A stretch of 64,000 bases of DNA, from contig JAQGDQ010000253.1 of NCBI GenBank assembly GCA_030141605.1, forward strand, positions 13,618-77,617, given 5' to 3'. The stretch comes from Tubiluchus corallicola (Eukaryota; Animalia; Priapulida). Under the pieces are notes generated by a model. That model had not been told where the DNA came from, searched no databases, and worked only from the letters and a program-made list of their open reading frames with translations. The position numbers and the translations under genes were made by a program. How positions within the stretch are numbered: the stretch's first letter is position 1; every line of letters starts with the position of its first letter. Positions 11,978 through 27,600 of this stretch are shown here, piece by piece.

Positions 11978-12168
11978 ATGCAGAACAACAGCAGATTTTG
12001 AAGTAATGAAGAACATTTTTAATTTTATTCGCAACGTTTCAATTTGATTACAAATCAGCACTAAGTGAAGGAAAGAGACAAACATGATAACTTATTATCA
12101 GCAGTAATATTGTTGAATAAAATTGAGAATGTTCTTCATAATTTCATTCGTCTGATTTTGTACTGCAT
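11978..12168. repeat. Imperfect ~55-bp inverted repeat enclosing a Penelope-type hammerhead-like motif
   Basis: Left arm ATGCAGAACAACAGCAGA...ATGAAGAACATTTTTAATTTTATTC (11978-12030) matches the reverse complement of 12115-12168. The spacer on the minus strand reads ...TGATTTG-TAAT-CAAATT-GAAACGTTGC. Confidence 0.7.
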
Positions 12169-14179
12169 ACGAGTTTGCGATTCCTAAATCTCCACAGACA
12201 CAGTTACCGGAAGCCCCAATACGGTTACCGGAATTACGTACAACGATATTGTAGCTTATATATTCACGACCTAAGCTAACTGGCTCATTTATACATGAAC
12301 TGGCTCATTTATACATGCCTCATAACACGGTTCGCCCTCTTTTCTAACTGAAAATGTGATTAATGTTGCTTAGCCTTAACTTATCTTCAGTTAATTAGTT
12401 GCTACTCAAAGCTAGGCTTCGCACTGGCAAGTTAATAAAAGCTTTCCACTTTCATTTTCTAGCTGCCTTTCCAATAATGAGAGCATTGTGGTAATTCCTT
12501 GAGTAAAGCCCTTCTACATTCATTCAAAGCAAATTAAGTACACTAACAGACAAGCAACTATTCTCTCTTTCATTTTACCGCTCTCGATGAGACTTCCAAA
12601 AACCATAAAACATCATTTCTTTTCTGAAAAATCTATAAGGCTTTATACGTTTCTAAACATGAAAACACAAACTGTCTGTTTCTTTTTCAGCGCATTGAAG
12701 TTTTTTCACACAAAGTTCGCAAGAAGATTTTTAAGTACACACCTGCAACCCGTCATTGCAAAGAAGTCGATAATATCACTTTATTTTTTAATAGTCGTTT
12801 GCGTACAACACACAACTTCGTCACCACAAAACTGTTTCAATGACATACTTGTTTACAAACAAACTGTGACAGACAATCAGTCGTTCTATACAAAACATTA
12901 GAATTACCGAAAATGTGCGCAACATCCCTCAAGCAGTACTGTATTTCCTCAGCCTCCCCATCCGTGTGTAATGATTTTCTCATTGAATGACATCACTACG
13001 CTAGGCGCGCAATCTACAATATCCATGATTGGGGCATCATGTGTAAAACAGACGCAGCCTAGTATATATCTGTGATAACTAAATTTCTTGTAGCATAATG
13101 CACATTGAGGCTAATTTTGTTAAATTAAATCCCCAACTTTGGTTTTAAAACGTATTTTAAATAGTTCATTATTGCGTTATACTAACATACTGTGAATTAT
13201 ACTGATTGAATGGAAAACTGAATAATTGTTGGACAGATAAAAGCAAACAAGTTACGTTAATGTATTAGTTCAACAGCATTATTAGACAACAGACATACAC
13301 ATAAAACTTTTAGAATAGTACAAGGTACTCAAAGCCGACTTAAATAGAAATAAGAAATGAATACCATTCATAAGTTCACAGATCAGTAACAAGAAACAAA
13401 CGATGTATGAAAAAAGAGAAGTTTAATAAAAGAGTGAAATTGTTGTCGAAATTATCGGAGATTTCACGATTAAAAAGAACTACAAAACACCTGACGCGCA
13501 CTCAAGTACATGTGAAATACATTTTGAAATGACTCACGGTCTAAACTCAAATTTCTTACATTTGACTGTAATTAAACCTCTGCTTTATCCACGCTCCGAC
13601 ATTGCCAAAAACACGACTCCTGCCGGGTTTTGCCGGGCAAAAATTCATTCAAGATGTCATTCATTCTGTCTTGCACATGGAAAACTCAACAACAAAGTTC
13701 TACATGTGTTGTACATGTGCAACAGAATTTAATAACATTGCACATAGTAGGCCTATATGAAAGTTCTTTTGGATGTCTTACTAGTGCCCCATTCACCACT
13801 GTATGCAGCATTGAACATAAAATTTAGCGGCAGAAATTGTTTGTCTGTTTGCTTGTTTGTTTGACCATAACAAAAGCATTAAGCCTTAGGAAACAGACAT
13901 GCAAAATTAAAAGCCTTCTAATTGTTGTTACACTTCATGGATAAAAACATTGAAATAAGAGATTTGTTAATTAGTGGGACAAATTAATAGTGGTGATATG
14001 ATAATCCGTAAGTTTGACGGGTAGCCATTGTTTTCAGTGGCCTGCACATGTGAAATATGGTGTAATCAACTTCTAGTGTTGCTGTTCCGCCGATCAGTTG
14101 GTCGCCTTTCCTTAATGAAATTGCCAATAACGTTACAGTCGCCTGTTAAGTGTGAACAGTAAATAAGTAGTAAAAAGGT

Positions 14180-15445
<1,266 letters not shown>

Positions 15446-16423
15446 TACGTAAACAAGTAGGAATATTCCAAGCATTCACAAACATAACAGAAGAAAATTA
15501 TGTAAAAATAGATTATTGTAAACTAAACAAAAATGTAATTGATCAATAACAACCCTTTACGGAGACCAAAATTGAAGGTAATTGACACGAATTTTCATTG
15601 TCGGATAATTTCTGTAATTATTGCAAAAGTTCCATCTCTTCCCATCACTGTGATCAGACACTCTCGTCCTCTCACGGGATGAAACTAACTCATCTAAATT
15701 ACAGCACAAATCCATTTTGGCTAATATTATCTATTATAGTTGAAAAAGATTTCCCCACTGAATGCTAAAAAACGTGGAGTGCAAATGTGACAAGATAGAT
15801 GTCCATAATTTCAAAATGGATGTCACGCAGAAATACCGGGCGGACGGAAGCTGATTTAATTCATTTCCGCTGATTGTCACTGTCACAGATTTTACAATTA
15901 AATGAACTCTGGTATTTTTACAAATTTCTGGTGAGATTACATGATGTAGCGGTGGGTCTGCTGCTTTCAAGGTCTGTTGTTTTCAGTGAAGCTTCTAAGG
16001 CCAGAGAAAATTTCACATAGTGACAAGTTTTAATTTTTGCAGTTTGTGGATATTTTTCAAAAATGATTTGTCACTCACCATAAAATATGTAGCACACCTT
16101 CCACATATATACTTGAACTTATACTTGAATGGCCACGTAATATAACGTGATCTTCAAATTAAATAACCACCCACGGCCGCTTCCTAGCAGTTTCAAGTCA
16201 TGTTATAGCTAATTCTGACACGCAGACTAACGTTAGGAAAGCGTTCAAAAAGCAGTTAGGCGTAATTGCCTAGTTTCGGTGTCATCATTAAATTTTGAAT
16301 TCGCGACATACACGGACACGTTTAATTTGCTATGATATAGTGTGAAACTACCATTGGAACCGGCGTTGAAGTCTTCAGCTGCAGAAATAGGAAGGAGTGT
16401 ATAATCTCCCACACAGTTTAAAT

Positions 16424-16502
16424 ACCCTAACGCTAGTCCTAACCCTAAAACCCAACCACAACCCTAACCCGAACACTAATCCCAACCCAAACTTTAACCG
16501 TA
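16424..16502. repeat. Degenerate (TAACCC)n telomere-like tract
   Basis: CCCTAA CGCTAG TCCTAA CCCTAA AACCCAA CCACAA CCCTAA CCCGAA CACTAA TCCCAA CCCAAA: roughly 6-bp periodicity. Confidence 0.7.
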
Positions 16503-17189
16503 CCTTACTCCGCTTCTCGAACTAATTCATATGTGTGTGGGGGGAGGGAGGGGGTCTATATAGCACAGAAATAAATCAAACTAACTAAATAAACCAGAAT
16601 TCAGCTAGAAACCACGTGACTTGTGCCTCGACGACACTTTATGGACGGCAAAAAAATTTCAGGCTTTTTTCGCTGTAAAAAAAAGAACAGTTAAACAGCC
16701 AAAAGTTAAATGCAGTGTGATTCGGATTCCAGAAAGTGTTTCTTTTTTCGTTTTTTCTCCAGAGGTTATTCTGAAAACGGCTTGTTAATTATATATTATA
16801 GTGAGTTAGTGAAAGTAAAAAATAGAACAAATATCACACCGTAAAACAATAGTGATGTTGAAAAGTAAGGAATGCTGCCCAGTTATGTGTGTCAAAAAAC
16901 TTTCACTTGATTGCAATTAAGATATTGACCTTGGATTCTGGAATATTCTTACAAATTACACGAAATGTCTAAATACCCTCATCAGAAGCTTCTGAAACAC
17001 TTATTAAAACTTTTTTGTAACAAATTTGTATCTTGTTTCTAATGCATATTATAAATAATATTGATGACCATATTATCGATTTGAGAAACTAGGCCCATTT
17101 TAAGCTATTAAGAGCATCTCGTTAAGATTTTCTCATAGCAAAAATCTTCTTGAATTTTATACAGTTATTTCTTATTTATTTTCCCTAAG

Positions 17190-18030
17190 TATTTCGCTTA
17201 ATAACTCGTTAACCTTGCAAGCTAAGGTCGCGAAACTCGCAGGGTGGATAGTCCTGGGCGGTGGAAGGGCAGCAGTGTTTTGAACTCTAACCTCTGGTCA
17301 AGAGGTTGAGGGCAGTGGGCGTTGGTCAGTTTTTCCATTGGTCCGCATCTCCTCCTAGGGTTTCAATTTTTTCACAAGTATTTAGGTATTGTGGGGAGGT
17401 CTGCATTAAGTATTTTCATAAATCTCTAGGCTCTAACACGGTTCGAGATAGGGGTCAAATACAAAATCAGGGGGCCCACTTTTGGTGACCTTTTAGACGT
17501 AGAGGATTAGGGATACAAAACTTACAGAAAACCCTCATTAGGCAAGGCGAACTATGTTTATATGTGACACGAGAGTGTTGGGTCAAAGGTCAAGGAGTGG
17601 GTGGGCCTTCATTTATAATTCGTTAGGCTCTATCTGCTTCTACGCTTTTTGAGCTAATGCACAAATTTTAGTATATGGCCAGGTATGGTCGCCGTCTTGC
17701 ATCACTGAATGGGAGACATGTGCGTGTGGAAAAATTAACCGCTAAGGGAAAACCCGAACTTTGGGGATCGGGGACAAAAGTACCTTGTGTAGAGGGACTG
17801 TAGCTTGTGGTACATCAAATGAATATCGTCCGTCAAACGAATCGGACGGCGTAAGATATGTCGAAATTGGCTGACCTCTGATACCACTAACGGAAAAAAG
17901 AGATCAAGGAGACGAATGTTTTCAGTGTCGAGCGAAACTAGCTTGCAGCACACGAATAAAAGTTTTCGATAAGATTAACCGAATGGTGTAAGTTGACAGG
18001 AGATTGCTTGGCCTTTGAGTTACGGATCGA
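17190..18030. mobile_element. Unclassified GC-elevated interspersed repeat (likely non-autonomous element)
   Basis: Abrupt GC rise, no credible ORF, recurrent GGTCAA/GGTCAAAGGTCAA motifs, and TACATCAAATGAA resembling TATATCAAACGAA in the 57/59-kb elements. Termini were not resolved. Confidence 0.4.
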
Positions 18031-19450
18031 AAAGTTACAGGTTGCAATTTCATTGCAGAATGCATCTTCTCAGTAATCAACGTGAACACAACGAAATCAA
18101 AATTATGATTTTTAAAAACAAAAGGTTCAAGTATTTCAAAGTCAAATTCTGTAACTATTGTTTGCAAAGTATTCAGTGTCGTCAATATGCTGTAGTCAAC
18201 TTGTTTTTTTTTCTAATACTGCAACTGTACGAAACGCATGTTGGTGTATAGGCCTGTCTGTAAGACCTTGGAAAAAATAAAGTTAAGCACTGAAGCTGTG
18301 CTCTCATAAAACATAATAATAAACGTGGTAAATCGGGTATCGTAGTATACTGATGAGTATCGGATAAGAAGCTTCAGGTTTTGCTAAAAATAAAAGTAGT
18401 AAGACAGGAAAGTAGCGTCTATATCACTTTTTTATTTTTAGTAAAGCTGCCCGACAGTATTTTTAGTATTGTCCGACATTCGTCAGTGTGCGACATTAGT
18501 GCATTTTACCCGGAATAAATCGAACTAACAAAGGCGAAAATCTCCTATGATTTAAAAATTCACTACCCTTAATATGAGCGTGTTTTTATCAGCGCTCTTT
18601 CTGGTAGGAAAACCAAAGTGGCGATTTCGAGCTCTTTGTTTGTCGTTACGTAGGTTCGAGTAATCAGTTTCTAAACGATGCACAGCATTGTCCGATTTTA
18701 AGAAGTATATGGCGATACATGTGTATTGTGATTCTTCGAAATCATTCAGTAGCAACGAGTTAATTGGAATTTTAATAATAAAACACGCACAAACCTGCTT
18801 AATTTGCTGAACAGTGGCTTGAAAAGGGGGCAAACACTAAGTAACTTGAAGTGTCAACCTGTTGCACGATAGGTAATCGATCATAAATTCATAGCTATTT
18901 CAGTGCTGCTCAGAAAATCAGCCCAAACGAGTCTTCCAACGTTTCAAGAGAAAAAGGGAAAACAATAAAAAACAGTACATTATAAACTACAAATACTGAC
19001 TGTCAATGTCAATATGCATTAAGTATACACGGAATGACTAAGCCACATGCAATCTTACTGTCGTGGTCGCTTCCAAGGTCTAAAACCAACGCGTGACAAG
19101 TCAGATTGTTTTTTCTGCAGCCCAATATTTTTTTGAAAACTACTTCTTTAATGTAGATAAACTGTCATTTAGCAAATGGTTATATTTAAATTCAATAGTC
19201 GTTATTTCATATAAAAACGCGTCAGTCATATCACAAACAAATGCTAAAAAATCATTAAAGTGGAACTGACCCATAAACAAGCGTGCCACCTGTTGGTCAT
19301 TTGTGAGATGTGAGAGCGAAAGCACCTGTGCTTTACCTCTTTTCAATACCTAGAAAGTGTCACACCTGCAAAGTGCGCAGGTGAACTGTGTAACGAATGA
19401 CCGATCTGAAAAATAAATCAGCCTCAATTGATTACGACGCTTGTGCGTAC

Positions 19451-19555
19451 CTCACATCCCAGAAGCTGCGATAGAAGCATATTGGGCGGAATGTAGAACA
19501 TCCTGTTTGTGGAGCCGCCCCGCAGCCCTGGAGACTGACCATATGGCAACGTCAT
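19451..19555 (-). CDS. Candidate first coding exon (MTLPYGQSPGLRGGSTNRMFYIPPNMLLSQLLGCE, phase 0)
   Basis: GC-elevated island with 35 open codons from ATG to donor GAG|GTACGC. No homology recognised. Confidence 0.35.
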
Positions 19556-19879
19556 GAGTCAATATAGGAGTAAAAGGGTTACGCGTGTACTTATTAACAT
19601 AGAACAAACACAGACAATAATATCTGCAGCGTTTTATCATGTTCAATAATCGTAGCAATAGTAATCGATATTCATCGATTTCTGCAAACGGCTGAGTTTG
19701 TAAGAGAGTGCAAACGCAAACATTTGCTGGGTCGTGACCAATGAGTCACAGACACAAAAAACGCGGGAGGTCTTTAAGACAATTATGGCAATTTACAGCT
19801 CAATATATTGTTGTTAAAAAAAGCAAATTAGCAATTAGTTAGAATGGTCATGAACCTGACCTCAAGCTGTATGTTAAAC

Positions 19880-20047
19880 AAGCAGGTAAGCAAGTAAGTA
19901 AATAAACAAGTAAGTACGTAAGTAAGTAGATAAAGTAAGTAAGTAGGTAAGTAAGTAAGTAAGTAAGTCAGTCAGTCAGTCAGTCAGTCAGTCAGTCAGT
20001 CAGTCAGTCAGTCAGTCAGTAAGTAAGTAAGTAAGTAAGTAAGTAAC

Positions 20048-20097
<50 letters not shown>

Positions 20098-20230
20098 CGT
20101 ACGTAAGTAAACAGGTAAGTAGGCAAGTAAGTAAGTAATTAAGCAAGTAAGCAATTTGGCTGGCAAGCAAGTAAGTAAGCCAGTGCATAACCAAAAAAGC
20201 AAGTAAGTAAGTTAAAAGTAAGCAATAAGT
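19880..20230. repeat. Compound (AAGT)n/(AGTC)n microsatellite
   Basis: Directly visible. Confidence 0.95.
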
Positions 20231-21184
20231 ACAATTTTGTCATGATGGTGTCTTGGTGTCACTGGTGTGAACGTCTGACTCAGTCGGACAGAAGAAATTA
20301 CTCGTTTTATTCAAAATTAATGCGTTTTAAGAAGAAGTCATTGCCTTTGAATACGCATTTGGAATTTTCGACAATAAGTTAACGCTCAACTGTCCTTTTT
20401 ACATTATAGACTGTTAAATATTTTTAATGTCGTTGGCTTAAAAATGCTCTAGTAGCCTGACTACTTCATTATTTATAAGGAAAGAACCTGTCAACAATTT
20501 TTGGTGGCCAATTAAAGTACCGTTTTCGGCATTTTATTACAATTGCTTTATTATTATGATGTTGCTTTATCACCAAGACATACCACATGTGACCAAAATG
20601 CCAAATAATTCTGTGAGGCACGTGTTTATTGCACATTTTTGTTTTTGCTTGAGAACTGTTTCGTTTCATAATTACGCAAATTCCTACAATTTTCTTCCCC
20701 AGCCGTTCAATAGGCTTAAGTCACGGCAACTTTTGATGCAAAGGATTTAATCAGAGATTTAATTTTGCCGTAACGTCGAAAAGGGATTCAGTTTTCAATT
20801 TTACGTTGCAAAAGAATTCCGATAAAATGCAATTTTGCATACAGAAAGTTCTGCTGTTTCTGATTTTTAATAAGCCTTTATCGACCACATGGCACAAAAT
20901 TATCATCGAAATTCACTCAGAAAATGATAGCCGTAAAAAATTATTATTAGTAGTAAACGCGTCTGCCAATAAGTGACGAAAATTTCATTTTGTCACACTA
21001 AGGTTTAACAGGGAATTATTAATGTTTTGATGCTGGCACATAAGTTTACTATAGCAAGATACACAGAGGTCCAAATGAAGCCAGTACAGAATTTGCCACA
21101 CTAAAGCGTGAAGATAAGGGCCGCGTCGAAGCGCAGCGCCATCTAATGGTGGAAAAATAAAAAAGGCGGGGTTAGAAGCGCCTA

Positions 21185-22085
<901 letters not shown>

Positions 22086-24584
22086 ACCAACTGAAAACCG
22101 CACTTTCTCAGTGAACACGAATAAGCAACATCAAACTTTGCGTCGCCCAAGCAATTCTCGCTCAATGACACAACAAAAGTCTTTTGAAAAATAAGCATAC
22201 CTTACTTTAAAAATCAAAACCATTTGACTAAAATATTAACCTAGCCAAACTTATCACTTCAAAACATTCCTTCATGCACCGGATGTCATTTCCTCAGTTT
22301 TGTCTGTTCAATTAAAGTTTAACAATGTAGCGTACACGTTACTGCTATCGATATAAAAGGATATTGTCCTTATTTTTGAAAATATAATAAACAATGCAAT
22401 CATATAAACATGATATAGCAAGATGAAACAGAACCTATAATTATACAACTTTACGGTGACAGCTGCTAAAATTCCCACTCCTCTTCCTTCATTCACCCTT
22501 TCTTTCAGATAACATCTCAAATTTTTCGCTGAAAAGCTTTGGCATTAAAGATAAAAGATCATCATATTTCGTCAAACACAAAAATCAAGTGTTATTGTTG
22601 GGTAAATGAATGTGGATTAGCAGAATCCCCTTGAGAGTCATCAGCTCATTTATTAGAATCATAAAACGTGTCAAACGCACCGCCTGCCGCATGTTACTAT
22701 AATAACCAGATAAAGGAACCCTATTACAGTCTCGGTGAAATTTTGCCTATATTTTTTTGCTATTAGAATTTTACTACTATAATAACGATAGTTAAGAGAA
22801 CACTGATGCCACTTTTACACAGTGATGTTGCAAGAGGAATGAATTTTTACCTGTTTCACCCTTTATGAATTTTTAACAGGCTATTTAAACACTGGGAATT
22901 CAATTTTCCCAAAAAAGCGATACTTTCCAATTTACAGTTGACGTACGGATTACGCAACCACATAATTATATTAAATTTGAGAAAAAAACCCAGCTGGCGT
23001 AAATTTACAAATGCTTGCTAGAGCACTTAATTTCCACAGTTTAAAATTACAGACCAAAGCCTTTATATAAGAATAAGATCGATGTGAACTGAGGGGTACA
23101 AGACTGAAAAGACAGCGCTGCTTCCATGCGGCCCACCCACACAATGTGACATCATCTCCAAAATGCAACAGATGCGAAATGGTCAATAATTATCTGTAAT
23201 ATGCATATTATAATCATAAAATCCCCGCGGCTGTAATAAATGCAAAGTTTATTAGTGATGTCATTAGATATTGGATAGGCGGTGTGGTTACCTAACCGTA
23301 TGGTATGATAGTTAACAATTAGTATAGTCACGCCCAAGTTATTTGAAGCCAGGCGATTAACATCAGTAAATAATAGCCATGTTTACGATGTGTCAAATGG
23401 TAGGTGAACGCCCGATGTGTGGATGTTTCTAAACAATATGTGGTCTTGACGATTTTGTCTTTAACATTTTGATCTATATGTATAGTAACGTATACTATTA
23501 AGGTACTTAAGAACCTGCATTTCTCAAATCTGGTTCTATTTCGTTTTCAAAATACATTGCAAAATTTAGGCCTGGTAAGCTTCTGCACGATTCTGACTTT
23601 TTGATTCTGACCTTTCTGCTTCAGAAAAAATAACACAATTTTGGTGAATGTAAAACTCATAACTCAACAAAGTCCGAAATCGAGATCTGAGGTTTAATTC
23701 AAGAATATCGGTTACTTCGAACAATTACTGTTAATCAATAAATTCATTAGAAATATGCTGAACAGGGACGCAAAAGATATCATGAGCAACACAGGATGTG
23801 GTAAACTAATTTCCAGAGTATGCCGATAGTGAAATTGTTAGTTACTTAGCCTAGTTACTTAGTTACTTAGTTACATAGATTTATGTATATAATAAACACA
23901 ATATTAAAAAATAAAATTGTGCAAATAATTTAGTATCTGTAATAAGTTTTTGTCCAAGTACATATTTACTTGAAGTGAGTAGCGTAGCGTCTAACAATAG
24001 CGTGAAGCCACAAAACTTATACAGCCAAGCCAAACTTTGTTAATTGAACCGCGCTAACGAAGCCATGTTTAATTTTGCAGTACAAACAAGCCAAACTTGT
24101 TCATTACATAAAGAGAACAAATTGTTTGCTGACACAGCTAAACTAATATTGACTAAATGGCCAAAGGCTTCTTCACTGTGCCTTATATATAACAGTCTTC
24201 ATTGCTTCTAAAAAATGAAGATTCATATGGAATACTAATGAAGTAGATGAGTTAATCAAACAAGCAAATTGGGAAAAAGAATCTTATTAAGGACGTTCAG
24301 CTTGAAAGCTGCCTTTAAATGCGTTTATAGACATGAAAGGCTGGCGATAATAAATAACAATTGTTTTTATGTCATGTAAGTCAACCAGAAATACACTATT
24401 ACGCAACACTAGACTATGTCAATACAATGCTTTACACAATGCGAATTTATAAAATTAATTCTTTAAATTATGTTGAGAAAACAAAAGGCTTATTGAATAG
24501 TGTCTTGTTCACTCGCTTGCAGTTAGTCGCTGTACAAATTAAATAAATGAAGTTGATTAAAACACTATAACGAACTTTACTCAC

Positions 24585-24632
24585 CACAAGTAAATGGCGT
24601 CCGTATCGATGGAAAACTGCCATTCGTGCCAT
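24585..24632 (-). CDS. Candidate first coding exon (MARMAVFHRYGRHLLV, phase 0)
   Basis: Strong Kozak AAAATGG and donor GTG|GTGAGT. A well-formed exon lies just upstream at 24880-24796 (CTAAC branch point, CTTCCTAG acceptor, AAG|GTAAGA donor). Confidence 0.35.
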
Positions 24633-27600
24633 TTTGTAGATAGTAGGAACAAATCCAAATGCACATGTGTTAATCAAACATGTTAACCAAATCACTCAAA
24701 ACTGCTACGCTTAATCTAACTTTTGTGATCGTCAAAAGTACCTTTTACCACCTTTATTCTTTCACCTGAATGGTCACAACTCGTGCCTTTCTTACCTTCT
24801 AGACACTTTGTTTCTTTGCTTTTCTAACACAGAATTCCTTGCGGTCCATTGACCATTGTATGCAAATTTCTGGACCCACACTAGGAAGTGTAAACTCGTT
24901 AGTCATTAGTGGTTACTGGATACTAACTTCGGGCGACCACGTACTGGTCATCCTTGCATGCAGCTCCAGTCACCAATATGACACGTGATTTATGTCCACA
25001 ACCAAGCAGTCGGTATCGCGTCACCACAACCACAGGAGAAGGCTGACATGAAATATTCTAGGGCTCTCTTTAGTCTCTGCGGGAAATTCATTCAGCAAAA
25101 ATGAGAAAAGTTTACACATCGCATAGCTCTGCAATCTAACTGTTAGTAAAAATTCCTTTCACGTTTGTCTGAGATAAATTATTTCAACCTACAAAAGATG
25201 CATTTGCAAAGGAGATTTTAGTGTGTAAGTCCACCATTATGTCAATATGTGTCAATAAACTTCTGTCAGCTTGTGCCATCGTACTCACAATAATAATGAA
25301 GCCTCGACCACAACTAAATAACTTGGCTTTACAGTCTGCGCGCTGACGTAAAACCTTTTAGTGAAACCTGTAGTAAAATGACTTTACGGGTCAGCCTTGG
25401 GCCTATATATGCACATGTAAAAGAATCACTGGTAGTACCATAGTTGTCAAAAATAGCTGGTTGAACAAGACGAGCTTTAAAAATAAACAGCTATCGATCA
25501 TTATCATGCGGTGAAAATCACCATGTTTTCATCAACTCAAGATTACTTTCATTATAATGATTGTGCTGAAAATACTTCATTTCCACACGAAAAGAATTAG
25601 TTAATGAGTTAATTAAAGTATCCAGTCTGCTCGCCAAATAATGAAGCCAAGTCTTGTCGTGTGAGCATTCCATGGCTGTGACAGCGCCAAGATAAATTGG
25701 GTTTGAATGTAGCGTGTCCGGAATAAGTGCAGGTCGATGTCGATGAAAAAAGAACTCATTTAAACCGGCACAACAACAAACAGCAGACCGAATCGGTCGT
25801 CAAACCAACACGGCGGCTGAACATTAGCAATCATAGCGTGCTTTGAGAATTTCACTGAACGCTTCAGACAAGCAGTGTAACTTCAACATCTCAAGTACTT
25901 GGAAGGTTTCGGGTAGCACATAATAAAATCTCATTCATCAAAAATTTGCTGCCTGCTAAATTGTTAAGGAAATTTATTTAAACAAACTTTCAATGGACTG
26001 TCGACTGTACAAAGACAGAACTGTGCAAAACCTAAAACAAGCCACGTACCTTGTAGACAGACTTTTTCTGATATCCAAAAAGCTCCAGATATAATTTATG
26101 TCTTAAGAAAGACACTAAGCCGAACAGAAAATAAAACTATACCAACCTCTGGAAAATGCTATTTAAACTATATCTATACCTAATTACTTTTGCTAAAAAC
26201 GACTAAGGGGACAGTTTTTTTGCTATCTGCTTTCTTCAGAAGTGGAAACTTAACACTCTATTGGAATATATGTAAGTACATGTTAACATGTTAGCCAACA
26301 CATTTGTTTATAAAACGTAGGTAGCTAAGAATCAGCTAAACATCTGTGAAACAATAAAGACGTCTCACTTAACGTTAAAACGTAGTTGTAAATATACGTT
26401 TTTTGTGAATAACACAAAAACTGCGGGCCTTAAACTTTATAAACGCAAATTATGAGTACACAGAACATCACTGCGTCCACTACGTAGTATTAACTCAACT
26501 GCACTAATAATGAACGCAGCTGAATTTGCGAATTAAATTAAAAGAGAATCAGCATAGTATTTCTGCAACTTCTGCGTATATATATCATGCACACACAAAA
26601 GAGTTAAAGCCATCCACGTAGCGGGTAAAGACAAATACTGCTTATTTTCATGAACGACAACAGCCATGGTTACGAACAAGTTGGTTTCTTTCTAGCTTTC
26701 TATTCGGTCAGCACAGCAGTTTGCGGTTCACAACTCATTCCCCACATTTTTTCATATGCCTGTAATAGAGAAACGGACAAGACTCTCATGAAGGCGCCTT
26801 GTAAGGCTTCAAGGCTCACACCAAACTAAGTCGGTTACTGGTCAGCTGTCTCGTCTAGAAAATAACGTGTCACATTTAGAAACGCCCAGCTCTCTGTCAT
26901 CCATCATATTCATTAAGTTCTCGTGTCAGAATCAATGAATGAGGTTGAATTCGAAGCCAGCGCGAAGATTGGATCTAGAAGAAACATGAAAGACAGACAA
27001 AGTACGGAGCGAACCCTGGGGGTCTACTGGCGTCGGTTTCTTGATGAAGATCATCTTAGTGTCGTCTATCAAATAAATGTGGAAAATGAGCTTCAGATCC
27101 TTGTGGGGTGCTATTCATTTTTTGTCATACAGTTAGGTCTAGTTCTTGCTTGGACTCAGCTATAAGTATAAGAAATGAAATCATGAAAACTGCAAAAACG
27201 TTTATTGCCATAGTTTCTTGTCATTCCTAATAAAGAAGAAGGAGAACCTAAGAACTAGATAGAAGAAAAACTTAATACCACTTTTTACAAAAAATTGGTT
27301 AAAGTGATGGGCAATGGGAGAAAATTTTGTCAACCTATGCGGTTGGGCACATCTTGTATGACCAGACATACTCGTAGTGTCGCTTCGAAGGGCACACAGA
27401 AAACTGAAACAAGGGTCGTTACATCACAGCATTTTCTGATTGAGTAAAGCAGTCACTGCAAATCGATAATTAGGTCATTTCAAATCTAATTCCTTTTTAC
27501 AGAACAAGTATTCTTACATTGGGATTACAACGTCTGTGCCTTGCAAGTGTAGCCGGAAACAAAATACTCTTGTCACGTTGAAAACTGTTAATGCTTTTCA

